From Salmonella phage vB_Sen_SG_WM_RUS_R2, in sequence record PQ002169.1: a stretch of DNA of 32,000 nucleotides, one strand, 5' to 3'. The translations under genes and the position numbers were made by a program. Shown here piece by piece: positions 25,776 through 32,000 of the stretch. How positions within the stretch are numbered: the stretch's first letter is position 1; each line of letters opens with the position of its first letter. The notes beneath the pieces were generated by a model. It searched no databases. It had not been told where the DNA came from and was given only the letters and a program-made list of their open reading frames with translations.

Positions 25776-26542
25776 TGTCTCTTTCTGATTTAGCTACACA
25801 GATTATTAAGGAGCAGCTAGATAATGTTGGACGTTCCGAGAATAATAAGAATACTGTTGTATACTCTGTTGAAACAGGATTAAAAGACCCCACTAGAGAT
25901 GATACTGTTGCTCAAGTATCTTTTAAATTCTCAAAACCGGTATCACAGGATCTCCTTAGTGTTAGGACAGCCTCTATTCTAAAAGCAGTTTCTTCTAGCT
26001 TAGACCTAACAGGAGATCTAGGGACTTTAGAAAGCCTTATTCAATCAACCGCAGGCAAGAAATCTTCTGTAGGTAAAAAGCGCTCAACTGGTAGGGTTCA
26101 AGTAAACTTTGGTGATCCTAGAGATACTGAAGATGGTTACTCAGGTGCAGTAACAGGTGCGGCTGGACGATTCGTTTCAAATAGTAACATGAAAGCTATT
26201 TTGGAGATAGTAGCTAAAGAATATCTTATTAAGGATATGAAGAAAGCAGGAGCGCCACTGAAATTCAGAACCGGACGTTTTGCTAACTCCCTTAAAATCA
26301 AAGATGTTATGTTACGTGACACTGAGACTAGTCGTGGTGCTCCTGAACTTAATGTAACCTATAATTATATGGTTAGACCTTACTCAGTATTTAACCCCGC
26401 AGTATCCACCTATCGCAGACTGTCTTTACGTCCATACCCTGGAGCAAGAAACCCACAAAAACTCATTGGGGAAGCGATAGCTAAAGCTGCAAGAGACCTG
26501 ATTCACTCTAGATATAAAATCAAGGTTACTCAAGGAACCTAA
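25775..26542 (+). CDS. Head-tail joining/neck protein (255 aa)
   Basis: Syntenic position between connector and tail terminator. Confidence 0.65.
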   Translation: MSLSDLATQIIKEQLDNVGRSENNKNTVVYSVETGLKDPTRDDTVAQVSFKFSKPVSQDLLSVRTASILKAVSSSLDLTGDLGTLESLIQSTAGKKSSVGKKRSTGRVQVNFGDPRDTEDGYSGAVTGAAGRFVSNSNMKAILEIVAKEYLIKDMKKAGAPLKFRTGRFANSLKIKDVMLRDTETSRGAPELNVTYNYMVRPYSVFNPAVSTYRRLSLRPYPGARNPQKLIGEAIAKAARDLIHSRYKIKVTQGT

Positions 26543-26545
26543 TAA

Positions 26546-27034
26546 ATGGATCACAGAACAAGTATTGCACAAGCGCTGGTTGACCGAATAGCCAAACAAA
26601 TGGATGGCTCCCAACCAGATGAATATTTTAATAACTTGTACGGAAACGTCTCACGTCAAACTTATAAGTTTGAGGAGATACGAGAGTTTCCTTATGTTGC
26701 AGTTCATATCGGAACTGAAACTGGGCAGTATCTTCCTTCAGGTCAACAGTGGATGTTTTTAGAACTTCCAATTCTGGTCTACGACAAAGAGAAAGATGGT
26801 GATATTCAAACTTCTCTGGAAAAACTCGTAGCGGATATAAAAACCGTTATTGACACAGGTGGAAATTTAGAATATACTGTTAGTAAACCTAATGGATCGA
26901 CCTTCCCATGTGAGGCGACTGATATGAGCATCACGTCAGTTAGTACAGATGAGGGTCTACTGGCCCCATATGGTTTAGCAGAAATAAATGTAACAGTGAG
27001 GTATCAGCCTCCACGTAGGTCACTTCGCAGATAA
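26546..27034 (+). CDS. Tail terminator/completion protein (162 aa)
   Basis: Size and position directly upstream of the tail tube gene. Confidence 0.65.
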   Translation: MDHRTSIAQALVDRIAKQMDGSQPDEYFNNLYGNVSRQTYKFEEIREFPYVAVHIGTETGQYLPSGQQWMFLELPILVYDKEKDGDIQTSLEKLVADIKTVIDTGGNLEYTVSKPNGSTFPCEATDMSITSVSTDEGLLAPYGLAEINVTVRYQPPRRSLRR

Positions 27035-27060
27035 GTTACAGATTAGGAGAAAATAATTAA

Positions 27061-28470
27061 ATGTCTTTACAACTATTACGTAATACTCGAATCTTCGTGT
27101 CTACGGTTAAGACTGGTCATGATAAGACCAACACGCAAGAGATTCTAGTTCAGGATGATATTTCTTGGGGTCAGGACAGTAACTCAACAGATATTACTGT
27201 TAACGAAGCTGGTCCGCGTCCTACTCGTGGTTCTAAACGTTTTAACGATTCCTTGAATGCGGCTGAGTGGAGCTTCTCCACCTATATCCTGCCATACAAG
27301 GATAAAACTACTAGCAAACAAATTGTTCCTGACTATATGTTATGGCACGCACTTTCTAGTGGTAAAGCTATTAACCTTGATGGAGATACTGGAGCACATA
27401 ATAATGCTACTAACTTCATGGTTAACTTCAAAGATAACGCATATCACGAACTGGCTATGCTGCATATTTACATTCTAACTGACAATGCATGGAGTTACAT
27501 TGACTCTTGCCAGATCAACCAGGCAGAAGTTAACGTTGATATTGAAGATATTGGTCGTGTAACTTGGTCTGGTAATGGTAATCAGCTTATTCCTCTGGAT
27601 GCTGCTCCATTTGATCCTGATACTGTGGGTATTGATGATGAAACTTACATGACTATCCAGGGTTCTTATATCAAGAACAAACTGACTATCCTCAAAATTA
27701 AGGATATGGATACTGGTAAGGCATATGACATTCCGATCACTGGTGGTAGCTTTACAATTAACAACAACATCACCTATCTGACTCCTAACGTCATGTCCCG
27801 TGTTAACATCCCAATCGGTTCATTTACTGGTGCATTCGAATTAACTGGTTCTCTGACCGCTTATCTTAACGATAAAGCTCTAGGTTCTATGGATCTGTAT
27901 AAAGATCTGATTAAGACCCTGAAGGTAGTTAACCGTTTCGAAATCGCTCTAGTACTTGGCGGTGAATATGATGATGAGCGCTCTGCTGCTGTTCTAGTTG
28001 CTAAGCAAGCTCACGTTAACATCCCAACTATTGAGACTGACGATGTACTTGGTACTTCTGTAGAGTTCAAAGCAATTCCTACTGATCTGGATACTGGTGA
28101 TGAAGGTTATCTTGGTTTCTCTAATAAGTACACCAAAACTACTATTGCAAATCTGATTGCAACTGGTGACGGTGGTAAAGCAGCTCCGGTTAAGGTAACA
28201 GGTATTACTGTTAAATCTGCGGGCGATGCAACTTCCGTTGAGAATAGCGCAACTCTTCAGATGACTGTAGACGTTTTACCTGCTGAAGCTACTAATAAGG
28301 AAGTAACTTGGTCTATTTCCTCTGGTACTGCTGCTACTATTGATGCAACTTCTGGTTTACTGACCGCTGATGCTTCTAAGACTGGTGCAGTTACTGTGAA
28401 AGCTGTAGCTAAAGATGGTTCTGGTGTAGAAGGTACTAAGAGCATTACAGTTACTGCTTCTGGTGGCTAA
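27061..28470 (+). CDS. Tail tube protein, T5 pb6-like, with C-terminal BIG2/Ig-like domain (469 aa)
   Basis: C-terminus VTGITVKSAG...QMTVDVLPAEATNKEVTWSISSG..ATIDATSGLLTA... is a BIG2 domain; length near T5 pb6. Confidence 0.88.
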   Translation: MSLQLLRNTRIFVSTVKTGHDKTNTQEILVQDDISWGQDSNSTDITVNEAGPRPTRGSKRFNDSLNAAEWSFSTYILPYKDKTTSKQIVPDYMLWHALSSGKAINLDGDTGAHNNATNFMVNFKDNAYHELAMLHIYILTDNAWSYIDSCQINQAEVNVDIEDIGRVTWSGNGNQLIPLDAAPFDPDTVGIDDETYMTIQGSYIKNKLTILKIKDMDTGKAYDIPITGGSFTINNNITYLTPNVMSRVNIPIGSFTGAFELTGSLTAYLNDKALGSMDLYKDLIKTLKVVNRFEIALVLGGEYDDERSAAVLVAKQAHVNIPTIETDDVLGTSVEFKAIPTDLDTGDEGYLGFSNKYTKTTIANLIATGDGGKAAPVKVTGITVKSAGDATSVENSATLQMTVDVLPAEATNKEVTWSISSGTAATIDATSGLLTADASKTGAVTVKAVAKDGSGVEGTKSITVTASGG

Positions 28471-28474
28471 TTAA

Positions 28475-29377
28475 ATGTACTACTCTCTAATGAGGGAGTC
28501 AAAAGTTATAGTTGAGTATGATGGCAGGGCTTATCATTTTGATGCCCTGTCAAATTACGATATCAATACGTCCTATGAGGAATTTAAAACTCTTCGTAGG
28601 ACTATCCATCGTAGAACCAACTATGCTGACTCTATTATTAATGCACAAACTCCATCTTCAATATCGCTGGCTATAAATTTTAGTAATACCCTTACTGAAG
28701 CTAACTTCTTTGAATGGATGGGCTTTGACCGAGAGGGTAACACATTCTTACTACCACTTTATAGTACAAATATTGAGCCAACAATGTTTAATATATACAT
28801 AGTTAATAAAGATAATAACTGTGTGTACTTTGAGAATTGCTATGTATCTACTGTAGACTTTTCTCTAGACAAAAGCGTTCCTATCCTAAACGTAGGAATT
28901 GAATCTGGTAAGTTCTCTGAGGTGTCTACTTTTACTCCTGCTGGTTCTATTGTTCAGGGTGAAGTTATGTCATATAGTCCTCCTAGAGTATCTACCAACA
29001 GTAATGTTTTACCAGCTCTTTTATCCGCTTCTATGTCATTCCAGCAACAATGTTCTTGGAGAGAAGATAAAAGCGTATTTGACATAAACAAAATATATAA
29101 TAATAAGAGAGCTTATGTTAATGAAATGAATGCTTCGGCAACAATTGCATTTTACTACACTAAGCGATTTGCTGGTGATATGTTTTATAATATTGAACCC
29201 GAAACTGACATACCATTAACCATCCGGAATGAACATATTTCGATTGACTTCCCTTCAGCACGTATAACAAAACGCCTAGATTTCTCAGATGTGTATAAAG
29301 TTGAGTGGGATATTATACCTACTGCTTCTTCAGACCCCGTGAGAATAGATTTCTTTGGAGAAATTAAAAATGATTAA
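28475..29377 (+). CDS. Tail structural protein (300 aa)
   Basis: Between tail tube and chaperones, conserved T5-like position. Confidence 0.65.
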   Translation: MYYSLMRESKVIVEYDGRAYHFDALSNYDINTSYEEFKTLRRTIHRRTNYADSIINAQTPSSISLAINFSNTLTEANFFEWMGFDREGNTFLLPLYSTNIEPTMFNIYIVNKDNNCVYFENCYVSTVDFSLDKSVPILNVGIESGKFSEVSTFTPAGSIVQGEVMSYSPPRVSTNSNVLPALLSASMSFQQQCSWREDKSVFDINKIYNNKRAYVNEMNASATIAFYYTKRFAGDMFYNIEPETDIPLTIRNEHISIDFPSARITKRLDFSDVYKVEWDIIPTASSDPVRIDFFGEIKND

Positions 29378-29774
29378 TTTAAAAGATATTACTCTTGATA
29401 CCCGCACTATTACTCTTTCATACCCAGGTATGCCGAACTTTAAGCTAGAACTTAACTATATGTCTCGTGCTACCTCTAAACGTGTTGTCTCTTCTGCCAA
29501 ACGCGATGAATGGGTTAACGGTACTCTAATCCAAGTACAGGATGATGATAAGTTTATTGAAGCTTTTGTTGATGCAGCTATCAAAGGTTGGACTGGTCTA
29601 ACAGTTGGTGATGTTGAGAAACTGATGCTGATTGAAACAGATGCTGATCCTGCTACTGAAGTTTCATTTAGTCGTGATAATGCTGTAATGCTTATGCAGA
29701 ACTCTGCTGCGTTTGATTCTTGGATCAACCAGACAGTGTTCCACTTAGACACTTTTCGTAGCTCAAAAGCGTAA
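29370..29774 (+). CDS. Tail assembly chaperone (G-like)
   Basis: Track ORF 29355..29774; internal ATG MINLKDITLD at 29370; position upstream of tape measure. Confidence 0.75.
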   Translation: MINLKDITLDTRTITLSYPGMPNFKLELNYMSRATSKRVVSSAKRDEWVNGTLIQVQDDDKFIEAFVDAAIKGWTGLTVGDVEKLMLIETDADPATEVSFSRDNAVMLMQNSAAFDSWINQTVFHLDTFRSSKA

Positions 29775-30204
29775 AGAACTACTAGATGCTGTTGCTGATT
29801 TTGCAGATAAGTGTATTAAAAGCTCAGCAGCTAAAATGACTAAACAACAATATTTAATACTTTGTGAGTCAATGGGTATAGAACCTGATCCTAAGGCTAT
29901 GCCTGTTGAACTTGAAGACTTTCCACCTATTGTAGCTATTAGTATGAATATTTATAATAGTCTAGTTGACTGTTTCATACCTGGTGACTTTCCTATCTTT
30001 ATAGGTAAAGACAAAGCTGCTTTAGGTGTTTTATTTGATATTTATGGGATTACCGATCCTATAGAAAAAGAATTTGTTCTACACATTATCAATATATTTG
30101 ATGCTAAAGCTGTAGATGCTGCACGTAAACGTGCCGAGAAGCATAAACCGCAAAACGGAAGAATACCTAACGTTAAGCCACATGCTAGATCTCGAGCACG
30201 GTAA
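29749..30204 (+). CDS. Frameshift-dependent tail chaperone extension (T-like)
   Basis: Frame of 29836..30204 is open upstream to 29749 (TLFVAQKRKELLDAVADFADKCIKSSAAKMTKQQ...) and overlaps the G-like frame. Confidence 0.65.
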   Translation, partial: TLFVAQKRKELLDAVADFADKCIKSSAAKMTKQQYLILCESMGIEPDPKAMPVELEDFPPIVAISMNIYNSLVDCFIPGDFPIFIGKDKAALGVLFDIYGITDPIEKEFVLHIINIFDAKAVDAARKRAEKHKPQNGRIPNVKPHARSRAR

Positions 30205-30240
30205 AAGTTTCCTCCAATGGGGCGTTCCACGATGAGGCTT

Positions 30241-30270
30241 GGCTCTGGGTGATATGCCCAGAGCTTTTTT
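30241..30270 (+). terminator. Rho-independent terminator
   Basis: GCTCTGGG(tgatatg)CCCAGAGCTTTTTT. Confidence 0.85.
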
Positions 30271-30287
30271 ATTGGGAAAAATAAATT

Positions 30288-32000
30288 ATGACTGATAAGC
30301 TAATACGAGAATTACTAATAGACGTTAAACAGAAGGGGGCAACTCGTACTGCAAAGTCTATTGAAAACGTATCTGATGCATTAGAGAATGCTGCTGCGGC
30401 TTCTGAGCTAACGAATGAACAGTTAGGTAAAATGCCCAAAACTCTATACTCCATTGAGAGGGCAGCAGATAGAGCAGCAAAAAGTCTTACTAAAATGCAG
30501 GCTAGTAGGGGTATGGCTGGTATCACTAAATCCATTGATGGTATCGGTGATAAGCTAGATTACCTGGCTATCCAACTTATTGAAGTAACAGATAAGCTAG
30601 AAATTGGATTCGACGGAGTTTCTAGATCTGTTAAAACAATGGGCAATGATGTTGCAGCTGCAACAGAGAAAGTTCAAGATAGATTGTATGACACCAATAG
30701 AGTTTTAGGCGGTACAACTAGAGGTTTTAATGATACTGCGGGTGCCGCTGGTAGAGCTTCTAGAGCTATTGGTAATACTTCTGGTTCGGCACGTGGTGCA
30801 ACTCGTGATTTTGCAGCAATGGCTAAGATAGGTGGTAGTTTACCTATTATGTACGCAGCTCTTGCTTCCAACATCTTCGTTTTGCAATCCGCATTCGAAC
30901 AACTTAAACTAGGTGACCAGCTAAATCGTCTAGAAAAATTTGGTGTTATAGTAGGTACTCAGACAGGTACTCCTGTTCAGTCCCTAGCTAGGTCACTACA
31001 AGAAGCTGCCGGGTACGCTATTTCCTTTGAAGAAGCTATGAGACAAGCATCCTCTGCTTCTGCATACGGTTTTGATGCTGAACAACTTAATAAATTTGGT
31101 CTAGTAGCTCGTCGTGCTGCTGCTGTTCTTGGTGTTGATATGACTGATGCACTTAACCGTGTAATTAAGGGTGTATCTAAACAGGAAATCGAACTTCTGG
31201 ATGAACTTGGTGTTACTATTCGTCTTAATGATGCTTATGCGGATTACGTTAAACAGTTAAACGCTGCAAACACAGGTATAACATATAATATTAATAGTCT
31301 TACTACCTTCCAGAAACAGCAAGCGTATGCTAATGCTGTTATAGCAGAGTCTACTAAACGTTTTGGTTACTTAGATGAAGTTTTACGTGCTACTCCGTGG
31401 GAGCAGTTTGCCGCTAATGCTGATGCCGCACTGAGAAAGATTCAGCAGGCTGCTGCTAAGTATTTAGGGCCGGTAATTGATGCTATCAACACAGTATTTT
31501 ATACTTCTCAGGCTTCTGTATCTGCTGAAGCAGCTAGAGCTCAAGAAAAAACCAATAGACAGATAGATCCTACCAACGTTGGTGCTGTTGCTTTAAGTTT
31601 GGCCGCTTCTGAAGAAGGCTATAATAAAGCTCTAGATATGTATAAGGAATCTCTTGATAAGCGTAATAAGCTAAAATCCGAATTCGATAAACGAATGGAG
31701 CAAGCGGATTTCTATACAAGATTAGCCATACGTCAAGTTGGTGAAGGTATTCCTGTTGGTCTTGCTGCTGCTGGTGCTTCCGAAGCTAATAAAAAGTTCG
31801 TAGAAGAAACTGCGGCTATGGGTCTACAAGTAACCAGACTAGGTAAGGAGGTAGAAGATTCTACTGAAAACCTTAATGCTTGGAAGTCAGCCTATCAAGC
31901 TGCGGGTGCTGCTGCTGCAAAAGCTAATCCAGAATTCCAAAAACAGATTAATCTACAGAGGGATACTGCTGATCCTGGTGCTGTATATGACTTTAACTCC
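30288..32000 (+). CDS. Tape measure protein, N-terminal part (open at window end), absent from the supplied ORF track
   Basis: MTDKLIRELLIDVKQKGATRTAKSIENVSDALENAAAASELTNEQLGK...; continuous frame to the window end; follows tail chaperones. Confidence 0.9.
   Translation, partial: MTDKLIRELLIDVKQKGATRTAKSIENVSDALENAAAASELTNEQLGKMPKTLYSIERAADRAAKSLTKMQASRGMAGITKSIDGIGDKLDYLAIQLIEVTDKLEIGFDGVSRSVKTMGNDVAAATEKVQDRLYDTNRVLGGTTRGFNDTAGAAGRASRAIGNTSGSARGATRDFAAMAKIGGSLPIMYAALASNIFVLQSAFEQLKLGDQLNRLEKFGVIVGTQTGTPVQSLARSLQEAAGYAISFEEAMRQASSASAYGFDAEQLNKFGLVARRAAAVLGVDMTDALNRVIKGVSKQEIELLDELGVTIRLNDAYADYVKQLNAANTGITYNINSLTTFQKQQAYANAVIAESTKRFGYLDEVLRATPWEQFAANADAALRKIQQAAAKYLGPVIDAINTVFYTSQASVSAEAARAQEKTNRQIDPTNVGAVALSLAASEEGYNKALDMYKESLDKRNKLKSEFDKRMEQADFYTRLAIRQVGEGIPVGLAAAGASEANKKFVEETAAMGLQVTRLGKEVEDSTENLNAWKSAYQAAGAAAAKANPEFQKQINLQRDTADPGAVYDFNS

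Noticed and set aside
29355-29369. Upstream extension MEKLK of the G-like chaperone
   Set aside because: ATG at 29370 (MINLKDITL) has a more typical start context; the extension only overlaps the previous gene end.
1-32000. Classical anti-phage defence or retron/toxin-antitoxin system
   Set aside because: No reverse transcriptase, toxin-antitoxin pair or defence-type ATPase/nuclease operon recognised; content is explained by T5-like phage genes plus mobile endonucleases.

Overview
The window reads as a T5-like siphophage (Tequintavirus/Demerecviridae-type), shown in the reverse of the usual T5 orientation, with a single collapsed copy of the long terminal repeat. From left to right it contains: (1) a cluster of small early-type ORFs (1-4105, +). 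(2) A large, repeat-rich, mostly non-coding region (about 4.1-9.1 kb). It holds two interspersed short repeat families, five perfect DnaA boxes, two LexA/SOS-box-like palindromes, and a ~130 bp inverted repeat (41 bp perfect core) enclosing a leftward mini-operon. (3) The pre-early genes, an A2-like protein, an A1-like metallophosphoesterase and dmp (9.5-14.2 kb, +). Nearly every junction here carries a long hairpin. (4) A leftward, translationally coupled operon of tiny membrane/coiled-coil proteins ending in an HNH gene (15.7-14.3 kb, -). (5) A divergent pb5-like receptor-binding protein, terminase, portal, decoration protein, protease, major capsid, connector, tail tube, tail chaperones and the start of the tape measure (15.8-32 kb, +). 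The window is rich in free-standing HNH and GIY-YIG endonuclease genes, including one pseudogene. The most novel candidates are the DnaA/LexA inverted-repeat locus, the TCGGATTTGCACA iteron-like family, a boxA-like element inside a leader hairpin, a hairpin over the Shine-Dalgarno of an HNH gene, the tiny-protein operon next to the receptor-binding gene, and an apparent +1/-2 frameshift in the tail chaperone. Homology calls rest on recalled family knowledge and motif reading; no search was run.
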